A stretch of 47,886 nucleotides of DNA from Octopus bimaculoides (lineage: Eukaryota), in the NCBI RefSeq assembly GCF_001194135.2, contig NC_068999.1, positions 22,533,249 through 22,581,134 of the forward strand. Reading direction: 5' to 3'. Below are positions 35,760 through 47,886 of the stretch, one piece after another. The notes beneath the pieces are model-generated. The model worked only from the letters and a program-made list of their open reading frames with translations. It made no database searches and was not told where the DNA came from. Both the position numbers and the translations under genes were made by a program. The stretch's first letter is position 1; every line of letters starts with the position of its first letter.

Positions 35760-35846
35760 NNNNNNNNNNNNNNNNNNNNNNNNNNNNNNNNNNNNNNNNN
35801 NNNNNNNNNNNNNNNNNNNNNNNNNNNNNNNNNNNNNNNNNNNNNN

Positions 35847-35885
<39 letters not shown>

Positions 35886-35890
35886 GCGCC

Positions 35891-35937
<47 letters not shown>
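35686..35937. repeat. (CT)n spanning an assembly gap, plus (CA)n, in the TMEM65 intron
   Basis: Direct reading. Gap at 35760-35846. Confidence 0.95.
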
Positions 35938-35939
<2 letters not shown>

Positions 35940-36360
35940 TGGATTTTATTTCAAGAGCAAATAAAAAAATTAGTTTAAAGAAAAAGTATCCATGTGGTCA
36001 AACTCAATTATTGTTTGTGAAATTGAAATTTTTGCCAATAACTTGCAAGTCTTCATTTAGGTTTATTCTTTATCTATAAGTATGCCTAAAGAAGTAGCTA
36101 GGGGTCTTCTAGATTTTGTTTCAAGCATACTCTATTAATTCAAACTTTCTCTTTTATTCACTTGCTGGTTACTGAAATAGTTTTCCCCAATAAAATAAGG
36201 CTGTAATAGATACCCTATAATTATTTTCAAGAAATGATTTCCTCAAATCTCATCATTTTGCTTCACTTTTTTGTAATTCTTTCCCCACTAATGTTTAGGT
36301 TGGTTGTATTTGTAAATCTTTTATTACTTTATATTGAAAATGCAAGTAATTATTTTACAG

Positions 36361-36466
36361 GTCTGCTTGGTATGTTGAAGTATTGGCTGTTAAGGTTGGT
36401 TTTCACATGCCCACTTTAACCCCTCAACAAGTGGATATGAGAAAAACACGTTGGATTGCTAATTTG
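36361..36466 (+). CDS. TMEM65: TMEM65 coding exon (106 nt): SAWYVEVLAVKVGFHMPTLTPQQVDMRKTRWIANL
   Basis: tattttacag|G...AATTTG|gtaact. Phase 2 in, phase 0 out. Matches human LAGYVEALASRLGLSIPDLTPKQVDMWQTRLSTHL. Confidence 0.96.
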
Positions 36467-36582
36467 GTAACTATTGTTTTAATATCATTATGTTACTGAG
36501 TCGTTTTAAAAAGCAGATTAAGATTTAAGTCTGAATGTGTTCCTTGAGATTTTAACTGAATCTCTTTTATTTTCATTTTTAG

Positions 36583-36717
36583 GGCAAAGTGATTGGCATT
36601 ACAGTTGGATGCTTGATAGGAATGTTTCCACTACTGTTCTTTAACTATGACAGAGACACGCATAATGAATCACAAGAAAGCCCAGCAGAACCTGCCACTG
36701 AAACAAAAAAGAGCTAG
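36583..36717 (+). CDS. TMEM65: TMEM65 last coding exon: GKVIGITVGCLIGMFPLLFFNYDRDTHNESQESPAEPATETKKS*
   Basis: tttcatttttag|GGCAAA...AGCTAG (stop 36715-36717). Matches human GKAVGVTIGCILGMFPLIFF followed by an acidic tail. Confidence 0.97.
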   Translation, partial: GKVIGITVGCLIGMFPLLFFNYDRDTHNESQESPAEPATETKKS

Positions 36718-36831
36718 ATAGAGCAAGATGGTTAGAAAATTTTATCTCTGCTCAGCATTTATTTTTTATTGAGACAAACAACTTGTGAATTCTTGGGAAT
36801 TTCTGAGGGAGGGGGGAATATACAAGAAAAA

Positions 36832-36837
36832 AATAAA
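36832..36837 (+). promoter_or_regulatory. Candidate polyadenylation signal AATAAA of TMEM65
   Basis: First AATAAA after the stop codon. ATTAAA variants follow at about 36852 and 37299. AT-rich context makes chance matches likely. Confidence 0.3.
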
Positions 36838-37739
36838 CCCATAAAAATATTATTAAATAGAAAGAAAAGATACTTGTTTCTATTTTTTAATGATGAAGTG
36901 GCCTTTTGAGATGTTTGTGGAAAGTCATAAAATTTTGTTTAATGCCTAATAATTTTTAATTTATATACACCAATCTGTGTTTTGCATAAGTAATTTTAAA
37001 TACTCAGTTGCTTTTGGAGTGCATTATAAATTTTACTTTATTTAAAAATATCTTGTTTTTACTAGATTTAAGAGATCTGAATTATAATTCCTTAAATTTG
37101 TTACATATTTTTTTCAATTCAATTTGACACTCTTCTAAATTTTAGCTTTGTTTAAATAATTTCTTACAACACTTTTGTTGTTATTTTATTGTATTAGTAT
37201 CGTTGGCATTATATTGTCTAATTTGTTTGTTTTTAGAATTCACGCTGTTAAGTTCTTATTGTAGCAAATTTTATTGTAAAAGAAAATCCAATTTCTAATT
37301 AAAGAAATGCTTTCCCTGCCACCCTAAAAATGTAATGTTGTGATGTGATGATCCAGCCAGGTTGGATCAATTTCCCAAAAGATTTCTTATGCACATGTGT
37401 TACTTAAAAAATATCTACCAGTCTGTTTTTTTCCTATCTGTATGGGTATGTATGTGTGTGTATGCATGTGTAGACAATGAAAGGAAATGCATTACTTGAA
37501 AGTATTTTACTTTTTCATTAGATTCCTTACTGCTGGTGACAAACAGTGATTTGTATAAAGTAACTATCTTTCCAAAATTTGAACTTCCTAAAACCACTCA
37601 CAATTATTTTGCAAATCATTGCTATAAAGTTGACATTTCTTTTCATTAAGCAGTGTAATTGAACCTGCATTTGTACAGGTGTATGAGAAATTCAGAGTAA
37701 TGAGTGAAGCCTCAGCTTCAAAAAAAGAAAAAAAAAATC

Positions 37740-38190
37740 TTCATTTTACGTCCGTTTTTCCATACTGGTATGGGTTGGATGGGTCCACAGTCTTTTGTCA
37801 TCTAGCACAAACAGCAACAGATAAAACCACTGAGCCTTGTTGTTTTGTATGTCATGTTTTTTGGCACGATTTTTATGGCTGGATTTCCTTCCTATCCCAA
37901 ATCACTTTACAACATGAACGGGTGTATTTTATTGTGCCACTGGCACTGGAGGAGTTGTCTGTGGCAGGACTAAAGAGACCCTCTACCCTGTATCAGTTTT
38001 TATTCAGAATTATTATCTCTTAGATGGGTTGCCTTCACTGTGGCTTGTGGAGTTCACATTTCTGTTTTTTTATGGCATAGTTTTTATGGCTCAATTCCCT
38101 TCTTATTGCCAACCACTTTACTGATGGTCTGGGTGCATTTTATTGTGCTGCCAGCACTAGAGGTTGTCTGCAGCAACACTAAGGAGTCCT
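37740..38190 (-). mobile_element. Two degraded RTE-tail-related elements (about 37740-37975 and 38055-38190)
   Basis: gtccgtttttccatactggtatgggttggatgg and tttttatggctggatttccttcc...gggtgtattttattgtgccactggcac are diverged reverse complements of the RTE 3' UTR motifs. Confidence 0.65.
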
Positions 38191-38876
38191 GTCTAGACTG
38201 TATCAATTTTTACTCAGTTACTGCCCCCCAGGATGGGTTGTCTTTGGTGCAGCTTGCAGATTCCATATTGCCTCCATGCAATAGGGTTAGAACCTCTTAT
38301 TGTATAATGTTGGGTTTGTTCAGACTCATGCATACCCACATTCTCAGCTTCCATATATATATATAACACAAGTACAAAACTTTCTCATCAGTTAATAATG
38401 CATTTATTACAGCATGTTATAATGCTGATCAGGAAAAAAAAAAAAAGAAAGAAAGCTAAATAGTTGATCACGCTGTTATTTTCTTTACAATTCCACAAAA
38501 TGTTAGATTAACTGTGGAAGCTTTATTACTAGCAAAATACAAAATAAAAATAACGACAAACACCACACATGAAGTAAACTAAAAGTAATGAGGAATTAAT
38601 GGTTAAACAGTTTTTAAATTTGGCAATGGTGATTTTATGAATTGCATCATTCTCATAATCCCTTGCTGCCTATTACAAAATGCAACAACAATGTGCCAAT
38701 ATCCTTTTATTGAAAAGATACAGCTGAAAAAATTTTGAAATGCTAATGAACTAAGAAACATTACTGTTCCATGATAAATATAAAGGAAAAATAATGTAAC
38801 ATAAAAAAAATATCTTCCGTATAAAAGATTAAACTTGAACACATTTGTGTCTTCAATATGTTTGAAGGAGAAGCTG

Positions 38877-38935
<59 letters not shown>

Positions 38936-39719
38936 CACTCTCTCTTTCTCTCTCTCTCTTTGTATCAGAGTAACCATCTGTTTCATTAGATAAAGAGTGG
39001 TTGAAAGAACACAAGAAGTACTATCAAACTGGTGAAAAGGGCTGTACAATATAGATATCTTTGCACTTAATTTTTCTCTTAAGTCATCATTGTTAAGTCT
39101 CCATTAGTGGACTCTTCAATCATTTCAGTAAATAAATATAAAGTGCAAATTAACATTTTTATTAACAAGTTTTTTAAAGGAATTTTTATTTTGATTTATT
39201 CAATGTGAAACATTTCTTCCTTTTTATCAAATTCAATGTCTTTCAGTGCTTCTGTTTTTGTAGCTTTTATTCCACCATATGATTTCAAAAAGTAAATCAA
39301 GAATGTACTCAAGATACACAGCAAAGAAAGTCTTATTTATTTATACCTAATTCACTGCATTGTCAGTAAGATTAATGAGTGACTGCCTTTGCTACTCAAG
39401 CAGAACAAATACTGTATATGGTATAACTATTTGAAAGTATTGGTATTTTTTTGTTCCTTTGATGTTTGCATCTTTTATCCAGTTATATTGGTGAGATATG
39501 TATATCATCATCATTGTTTAATGCCTGCCTTCCATGTTGGCATGGGTGGGACATATACATATATACTAAATAAGAAGACAAAGAAAATTCTTTAACACAT
39601 CTTTAATGATTTGTTACAATTGTTTCTGTATCCACTTGATTTGAAACACTAGTTTATGCAAAAATCTAAAGTGAAAATTTACGTAATGTTTGCAGTTTTA
39701 AAGCTGTGTCAAAGAATTT

Positions 39720-39920
39720 TCTTTGTCTTCTTTTTATCTTTTGGATTATTTACTCTTCACCAAATCCACTTTATGGTATGATCGTTGTGAAACTTGGATT
39801 TTCTACACCTGAGGAATTCTGGCATTGGCCTGAAACCCGACAGTGTTGATAACCCAGTATTTGGGTCAAGTGCTTTTCTGGAAATAACCTAACTTTACAC
39901 TCTATCAGGACCTTAGACTA
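39720..39920 (+). mobile_element. Putative Penelope-like element terminal remnant with hammerhead-like motif, ending at (TA)n
   Basis: acac-CTGAGGA-...-GAAA-c...gtgt at 39805-39846, followed by ...ttagactatgtatatata. Confidence 0.5.
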
Positions 39921-39954
39921 TGTATATATATGTATGTATATTATCCAATGACAT

Positions 39955-40080
39955 TCCACATAGTTTCCATCTACTAAATTCCATTACAGGGCATTGGTAA
40001 AGCTATTATGTGAAAGATACTTGCTCAAGATATCACATATTAAGACTGAAATGAGAACCATGTGATTGTAATGCCTGTAT
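39955..40080 (-). mobile_element. SINE family C head fragment
   Basis: agtttccatctactaaattcc...aagctattatgtgaaagatacttgctcaag. Confidence 0.65.
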
Positions 40081-40249
40081 CTTGATATTTTGTTAGTAAA
40101 TAATTTATTAAAGAACAAAATATCTCCTTTGTTAAGGTTTGTTAATACAAATGAAAACCATAGATGTGTAGTAGCAATGGATGGCTGAATTACAGAATTG
40201 GTGCATATATTATATGGTGAAATTCCTTTGTGGTTGATTTTGGTTTTCA

Positions 40250-40455
40250 AGGTGGCAGAATTGTTAGCATGTTGGGCAAAATGATTAGCGACATTTTGTC
40301 TGTCTTTATGTTCTGAATTCAAATTCTGCCAAGGTCGACTTTGCTTTTCATCATGTTGGGGGTCGATAAAACAAGTACCAGTTGAACACTGGAGTCGATT
40401 TAATTGACTTATCCCTCTCCTGAAATTGCTGGCCTTGTACCAAAACCTGAAAGCA
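40250..40455 (+). mobile_element. SINE family B (well preserved)
   Basis: aaggtggcagaattgttagc...aattcaaattctgccaaggtcgactttgc...ggggtcgataaaacaagtaccagttgaacactgg. Confidence 0.85.
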
Positions 40456-40584
40456 TTCTTTCAAGATTAATAAGTACCAGTCTAGTACCATATAAATGAC
40501 AGTAGCTTTGAAGTGGGTGATCCAGCTTATCAACATTAAATAGCTAAAATCAGTAAAAGTGAAGATTTGATGACACTGTTGTGA

Positions 40585-40790
40585 AGTCATGTGGCCTAGT
40601 AGTTGGATTCACAATTGCAAGATTCTATTTGATTCCTAGATCAGGCAGTGTTTTGTGTTCTTGTGTCCACACGACTCTAAACGAGTAACCCAGCAATGGA
40701 CTGGCATCCTGTTCAGAGGGAATCTTATGATTTTCATCCCTTATATGCTATGGAAACTGGGTAACCTGCCCTATGAGGCCCAGGACTCCA
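40585..40790 (+). mobile_element. tRNA-derived SINE with V-domain-like motif
   Basis: A-box-like gtggcctagtag. aacccagcaatggactggcatcctgttcagaggg resembles the V-SINE central domain (recall). Confidence 0.55.
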
Positions 40791-42381
40791 GACAGTAGTA
40801 TCCAGGTTGATGTGGTGAGACAGTCAGAGCTCTAGTCAATGAGCAAACCGATAGTGTTAATAAACTGGCTTTGAACAGTATGATAAAACCTGGTTAACTC
40901 AATGGACTGATAACCACATCAATAATTATCAGTCATGAATCTGTGTTACTGACTCTTCATTATATTTCTCATGGTACATATCTGATTAATACAAAACTGT
41001 CTTTCTTAAGTCTATATTTTTGACTGATTACAATCTGCTAAATACTTGTTGGTTTCATTGAGCAAGTTATTAGAAAATATTTATTTTGCTGCATGAAGTA
41101 ACAATGATTCTCATGTAGTTGCAACATACTTCATGTCCCCTGTTTTGGCCTTTTTAAGATGCAAACCTTGAATTAATTTATGCATTTTGCTATATCATAA
41201 AAAAACTTTGAATGTAGAAACCATTCATGCAATACTTTGAGTTCTGTATTTACTTGTGGTTTTTCATTCACAGTATAACAAATTTGATTTTTCACATATA
41301 GGCTTCAGTCTATTATTCTGCATGTCACAGTTCTTAAGACATTGATCTAGGAGTCCTTGCTGATTTAACATAAATTGAAAGTACTCCAAATGTTGCTTAG
41401 CTGTTTGTTATATATCTTTCATTCTGTTGCAATTTTTGTCATTCATAATGTCTCTCTGTGCAGGATATTTTATTACTCTGAGTATTGCAACTCTTTATTT
41501 GTATTAATCATTTAACTTTAGCTTGAAACTCTAATAATTGCTATTTTTCTTTGTCTTCCTTTGTACTTCATTTCATTTGTTTCTTCAACTATTGCAGGCT
41601 TCCTTATGCTTCTTGCTTAAGGGAAATATGCTATTGGGAATCTTTGGCTTGTTGTGTCCTTAAAATTGATACACCATTCTGCTAACTTCTGAATTTGATC
41701 TTTTATACGACACCATCTGTTCTGAGTTCATTAAACTATAGAAACCTCTGACATATTGTACTATTCAACCATCAGGTATATGAAATTTTAGTCAGCACAG
41801 AGTTTCAACATCAGCCTTGTATGTTAGGCAACTCATTCTGTTTTACTTGTTACAGCTGTTGATATGATCATCCAATAATGATGATTTCTATTTTCCTGAA
41901 ACAAACAGATAATCTGTTTGATCAGATTATCTATCCATTAGATCTCCATGTGTCTAGATTAATACATTTAAGCTGATAATGAATGTTAGATTATGATAAA
42001 AAAACATAATATTTTCCTGTAATTTCACTAAACTTTGTGCCATTCCTTTTCTCATATCTACCATTTCATGTTTAAATGGTTAACATTAGAAAAGACATCC
42101 CTTACAAGAAACTTGATAAAAATAATTTGTCTGTAAAGACTATCATTTTAAAAAGCAATCTAATTCATCCTCCTATATTATTCTCTAGCATAAAAAGTAA
42201 ATAATCCAAAATGACATTTGTCATCTGTATCCACACAAGGATTCTTTCAATCCAGAGTTACATTGTCTACCATATCCATTCTGTAAAGTTGAATATTTAT
42301 CCTTTTTGAAGATGTATTCTGCCATTGAGATAAAACTTGTTTTGTAAATAATTAGCTCTTTGTATTAATTCACTTCTCTAT

Positions 42382-42590
42382 TAACCTTTTAACATTTAAA
42401 CCTGCCAAAATATTCCACTTGATTTATGTTCAAGCTAGCTAGACCTGGCCTACCCTACAATATCATTGTGAAAATAAAGTTATTTCATCAAAATCTTCAA
42501 ACCAGAAGATAATGCATAATTAATTCAAAACATTGTGAATAAATAAGCATTACATTTGACAGAGTAAGATGAATGTTAAAGAGTTGAATT
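42382..42590. mobile_element. piggyBac-like MITE family F, reverse orientation, degraded
   Basis: aattcaaaacattgtgaataaataagcattacatttgacagagtaa is the reverse complement of the F internal sequence. Confidence 0.7.
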
Positions 42591-43095
42591 CTTATTTAAA
42601 TAGAATATACTGAAGTTAAAAACGTTTTTTTTTCTGTAAAAGAACATTTGAAGTAATAGATTTTGTTTTTATATTTAGACTGAAGATTATCATCAGTAAT
42701 ATTAGTGAGAAAGAGGTAAGATCCTAAAAGCCAAGTCCATGTTCTGGTTTTGATTATTGTGTGTATCTGTTAGACTTGGATTACTAATGACCATGAGAAA
42801 GGCCTGTATCCATCTGAAATCTCATTTTCACCCTTGAATCTATTTCAACTTAAACTTCTCTGCATGAAATAAATTTAATCACAAGAGGCATGATATATTA
42901 CATTATGTAATAATAAATAATACTTGCATCTCACTGTTGAGCAAGAGTGTAACTTCATAGGAAATACAAATATATACTAAAATATCAAACACTAACATTT
43001 GGTTCAACAATTTGTAAATATCCAAACCTGCAAAAATTATGGTAAATAGATGTAAATAGTTAACTAGCACTCTTTTCTACATTCACTATCTCCCT

Positions 43096-43323
43096 TAACC
43101 CTTTTGTTACCATATTTTTGTTGAAACACACTGTCTTTATTTCAATTAGTTTTGAAAATAATGAAGAATTTTGTAAGAAAGCTTAGTCATATTTAAGCTG
43201 GTGTTAGGAATAGAAATTAACAAGAAATTTTGATTGAAGTTTTTAATTTAGATCATTCTAAAACAGGGAGTTTGTATCATAGAACCAGGGTTGGTCCCAG
43301 GCAGGTTGATATCAAAAGGGTTA
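43096..43323. mobile_element. piggyBac-like MITE family G
   Basis: TTAA|cccttttgttacc ... gatatcaaaaggg|TTAA. Confidence 0.8.
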
Positions 43324-43379
<56 letters not shown>

Positions 43380-45683
43380 ACACAGTCTCTCTCTCTCTCC
43401 AATGAGTTGTGTGTATCCCATTATATTTTGGGCTATGATATTTATCAAGTATTTTAAAGTATCTAAATACTAATTACTTATAGCCTGTATCCTATTATTT
43501 ATCTGTTCCTTCTAAGATATTTACATTATCAACAAAGGTAGCTTTCTTCTACATTTGCAATAATAGACTTTAAACTATGAACCATATAAGTAGAGCTTGC
43601 TTTGCTATTCAAATTGACTGAATTTACAAAGAAAATTATTTTTGAGTTTTCACATTAGGTAAGTTATTAATCTTGGTTGCATTGATTTTTATCTTTAACA
43701 ATGATAAAAATTCCCATAAAAATTCTGTTTTATCCTTGAAACTACAGTCTTAACAATAATCATAGTTTTAGTTACATATTTTGTGCCAAAAGTAATTTGT
43801 TTTCTAGGGTTTATTTTGAGTAATAAAATTCAGTTTACATGCCTTTAAATNNNNNNNNNNAAAAAAAAAAAAAAAAAAATCAGCTATGACAATTCTTTAA
43901 AGTTAACTTCATATTGCTTAGATGTAAAACAAAGGAGACAACAAATTTTTAAATACATTATTTTTCCTTTATTTAAGTGAAACTAAGCACTTGTCTGACA
44001 CCAATTTAGATTTCTCTCTGTGCATGTATTTTAGATATGACAGAAGAGCTGAATGGGTGGGTTAAAGGAGCAAGAGTATGATGGCAGCAAGATTAAGGGC
44101 AAGAATGTTAGAACAAGTGATGGACTATAGAAGTAGTTTGAGTGAGAAGGCATGATTGGTAGTAGAGAAAGAGTGAAGGTAAAATGTATTTGATTTTATT
44201 TCCTTTAATAGACAATGCATATTATAAATAAACGTGATGATTTCTTGAGTAATCTCAGTAAACCTATTCCACTATATGACATATATAAGACCATATTGTA
44301 GTTATATTTGCTCTACAAAATGATGCCTTGAGCCATATTGCTGATATATTGCTCCTGCCTATTACAGCAGTGAATTGGTATCTATTTACTGCTGACTAGA
44401 CTGGGTCATTGTGTCACTAGTAATGCATGATATTTCATTGTGTGTGTGTGTGTGTGTGGAACAGTGTATTGCCAGTAAGTTGATATGAACAGTTGAGTTC
44501 TTTTGACATCTCTGGTTGGGACATATTTCCTAACTATATCTGTGAAAAATATTTTATGGATTGTTGCAGCTTTGAAATTTTAGTACTAAAATTTAAATTC
44601 AGGCAATTTTTACAGCTAATCCAATTTCATGTATGTTTGCATGTATGTGAAATAGTGATAAATGGAGGTTATCTAGGAATCAGCATGTAACATATGAGTT
44701 AAGAATATTAAATTTGCAATAAAAGACAACCATTTTTCATGATCAAGATCTATTTCTTTGAAGTAAATGTGTATGCACTTCTTTTTCTACCTTGACCATC
44801 TTATACATGGAGATATGTTCTAATTTTTAGAACAGCATGCCCAAAATAAAGGTGACATGCCCATGTTTTTATCAATAAATGATTAACCTAATCTGATAAA
44901 TCAAATAACACCTAACAAATTTAAAATAACTTGTTTGGTGTACATCAGCTCTGGAATATAATCTACAACTGCATATTTAGTTATCTGGTGGAATGGTTAT
45001 TCTGTTTTACTGAGACCTGTTTGTATGAACTTATGTTTGATGGGATGTCTAGGCTAATTAGTTTTTAATAACGATATCTGATTGTTGATTTTCATTATTC
45101 AATTGCCATCAAATAGTTTTTATTATGTTGATAAACAGTTGCAGTCTTTAAATATTAATATATTTGTATTGTCACTAAACACTTTCAGAGCAGTCTTTGC
45201 CTAAATTTATCAATAGGTATATGCTGTAGTAAAATATATTTTCATAAACCCATTTAGAAAATAGTTTTCAATTAATTTCTGTAGAGTATAATTTCAGCCT
45301 AATTTAAACAAAAACTAATTTCTAAAGTTTTATACTTGTATAAGTGGTTTGTTTATTTTATGAATATTCAATTATTCTAAATTTTCATTTCTTTTTTAAA
45401 GTTGTAAACATTTTAATGCTTAATTAAAATTTACACCTAATTTCAGTGACTTCTAATTATCATCTATTTAATTAGTAGCTTTAAATTTACTTTAGTTTGG
45501 AAACTGGTTTTTGTTTTAAACTTTCTTTGGTTTTCGTCATAATTTCTTTCATGGTTTGTTGTAAATATTGGAGGAAAATTAAAATGGCTTAAAAACATTT
45601 TTATTAGGAAATTTTTGTATTTAACTTAATGAATTTTCTCTGGTATACTAAGTATTCTTTTTTTTTCTTATACTACTTGTTCA

Positions 45684-45785
45684 TCATCATCATCATAATA
45701 ATAAAAACAGTAACAATAACAACAACAACAACAACAACAATAATAATAATGATAATAATAATGATAATAATAATAATAATAATAA
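45684..45785. repeat. Compound (CAT)n(AAC)n(AAT)n microsatellite
   Basis: Direct reading. Confidence 0.9.
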
Positions 45786-45794
45786 TTTTATTTA

Positions 45795-46001
45795 CTATAG
45801 GCACATAGCCTGTAATGTTTTGTGGGGAAGGGTTAGTTAATTACATAGACCACACTACTCAACTGGTACGTATTTTATCAACTCCAAAAGAATAAAAGGC
45901 AAAGTTAGCATCAGCAGAATATGAATGCAGAATGTAAAGTTTGAAGAAATGCCACTAAGTATTTTGTCTGGCATGCTACTGATTCTGCCAGCTTGCTGCT
46001 C

Positions 46002-46033
<32 letters not shown>

Positions 46034-46372
46034 TTCTATAGACACAAGACCCAAAATTTTTGGTGGGTGGGGGCAGGTATTAGTTTATTACATTGATCCA
46101 GTATTCAACTAGTACTTATTTCATTGATCCCAAAAGATGTAAGTTAGCTGACTTCAGCAGAATTTGAATTCAGAACATAAAGACAGACAAATTGCCACTA
46201 AGCTCAGTGTGTTAACAATTGTGCCAGCTGTTTTTGTTCATATTTCTACATTCTGAGTTCAAATTTTATTGGAGTCAGCTATACTTTTCATCTTTCTGAG
46301 ATTGATAGAATAAGTACTAGTTAAGTATTAGGGTTGTCCTTCCTTTAAAATTTGTGATATCATGCCAATGTT
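45795..46372. mobile_element. Three SINE family B copies: minus (45795-46003), minus (46036-46230), plus partial (46245-46372), with a (TAA)n spacer
   Basis: gaatttgaattcagaac and gattctgccagc on minus; ctgagttcaaatttt on plus. Confidence 0.75.
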
Positions 46373-47842
46373 TATTATTTTTAATTAATAGTTTTCTGTA
46401 AGTAGCTTTCTATCATTTGTTTGCCAAGGAAGCAGATATGGCCTTGTAGTTGAGAAGTTCACTTTGCAAGCAAGTCATTCTAGTTTTTATCCACAGTGCA
46501 GCACTCTGCATCTTTGTCAGAGGGGTTCAGTTAAATTTTTAAACCTAAAAAGGGCCCAACAAATCAACAACTTTAAAATAACTCTATTGGATTAAAAAAA
46601 ATTTAAACCAGTAAAAAAAAAAAAAAAAAATGACAAATTATCTATTTGATTGTTGTGAATATATTTTGTAATTTTTAACTCCAATCTTTAGACTTCTCTG
46701 AGGTAAAGCTCTTACCAAACTTGGCAAAAATCCAGTCTTGACCTTACACAAATTATCTTCTATTATAACCTCAGGTTGACCAATATGACAAATGTTGTTT
46801 GAGTGGACCTTTACAAATGGAAACCGTGTAGGAGCCCTTAGTTAATGTGTATTTAGTATATATGTGTATATCTTTCAGCAATGTATAATATCAAAAGGTA
46901 TAGACATCCCCCCCCCCCCAAAAAAAAACAAAGAAAAAATAAACCAGTGCTTTTAAAATTCCTTGTGATATTTGTTCTGCTTGAGTTACACAAACAGTCC
47001 CTTGTCACTCTCACTACCATAAATACAATGGACTATTGATTGGTCTGTTGCAAACCGGTAACCAACAGTGCTGTTGTTCACAAAACATGATATTAAATAA
47101 ATGAAATTTTTTTTTATTATTTCAACAAATTTTACTGAATTCATGCCTAAATTCACTTTCTATTAATGAAATATTAAAAGTGCTGTTTTCAAAACAATGT
47201 AATTTATGATGTAATACATATTACAACTGTATTAAAAAACAAAATACAAAATTAAAGCCCCCCCCCCCCAAAAAAAAAACTAAAGCAAATTGAGATTTCT
47301 GTGCCAGGTTTAGGTAGAGAGGCAATTTTCTTATTTTATATATTTACATACAAAAAACTTTCCAAAGAAAGTTATTGAAGGATTTCAATTAAGTTTGTAG
47401 CATGTTTTTCATGTATGTATGGTATAGAAAAAGTGGACTAATATAGCAAATGATATTACTGCAGCTGACTTATCTCCTGTTTTAAATGTGTCTTGATAAA
47501 CTGAATCAATCAAAAACATTGACTACTCACAATTGCTAGTCATTTGTCATATTTGCAGTCTCTGGGATTAATTTCAAAGTTGTAGATATATATTGTTCTC
47601 TAGTCTGTATTTAGAATCATTAAAGTTTTATAATCCACAGTTTCATTGATGAGATTTACAATAGATATTAGAAATCAAGTGTTTTTGTTTCGGGTTTGGT
47701 AAACTGTCAACAGCTCTTTGTTCTTGTTGACAAATTATCCAAGTCAGAAATATTTTATTAACATTGTCTGCATGTTCCTAAGAATACATTTTCCATCACA
47801 TATCTGTGTATGCAAGTTTGTATGTATATGCATATTTGTATT

Positions 47843-47848
<6 letters not shown>

Positions 47849-47886
<38 letters not shown>
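47849..47886. repeat. (TA)n at window end. Other microsatellites: (TA)n 1275-1311, (TG)n 3227-3272, (GCAC)n 5049-5078, (TA)n 11716-11742, 20635-20656, 24542-24572, (CA)n 38879-38933, 43326-43379
   Basis: Direct reading. Confidence 0.95.

Noticed and set aside
36583-36610. Ile codons (ATT) where human has Val as restorative A-to-I recoding sites
   Set aside because: I/V exchange is common in transmembrane helices and cannot be judged without RNA data.
37531-37587. Possible 57-nt minus-strand exon (GSSNFGKIVTLYKSLFVTS)
   Set aside because: Purine-rich weak acceptor context, no partner exons, and no recognisable homology.
44037-44150. Purine-rich segment after a plausible acceptor as an exon of a second gene
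   Set aside because: Only short open frames, no good donor, and no recognisable homology.

Overview
AT-rich eukaryotic genomic DNA. The SINE/LINE complement and dense microsatellites suggest a coleoid cephalopod, most likely Octopus (inference). There are five assembly gaps. The only host gene I can support is a + strand TMEM65 orthologue (mitochondrial inner-membrane protein). It has five confident coding exons (3821-3859, 25391-25458, 35159-35256, 36361-36466, 36583-36717) with canonical GT-AG sites and consistent phases. The usual N-terminal coding exon is not in the window, but a candidate alternative first-coding or poison exon lies at 961-1135. The rest is intronic or intergenic repeat: several tRNA-derived SINE families, RTE-clade LINE 3' ends carrying a dual-hairpin array, an R4/Dong-type cluster at a (TAA)n tract, old CR1-like relics, a mariner fragment, hAT and piggyBac-like MITEs, a Helentron-type element, and two Penelope-like remnants with degenerate hammerhead-like motifs. 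Almost all entries in the supplied ORF track are microsatellite, gap or chance ORFs. I found no clear novel multi-gene system. The best leads concern splicing, dsRNA formation and retroelement RNA structure. Repeat family names are from recall, repeat boundaries are approximate, and no database searches were run.
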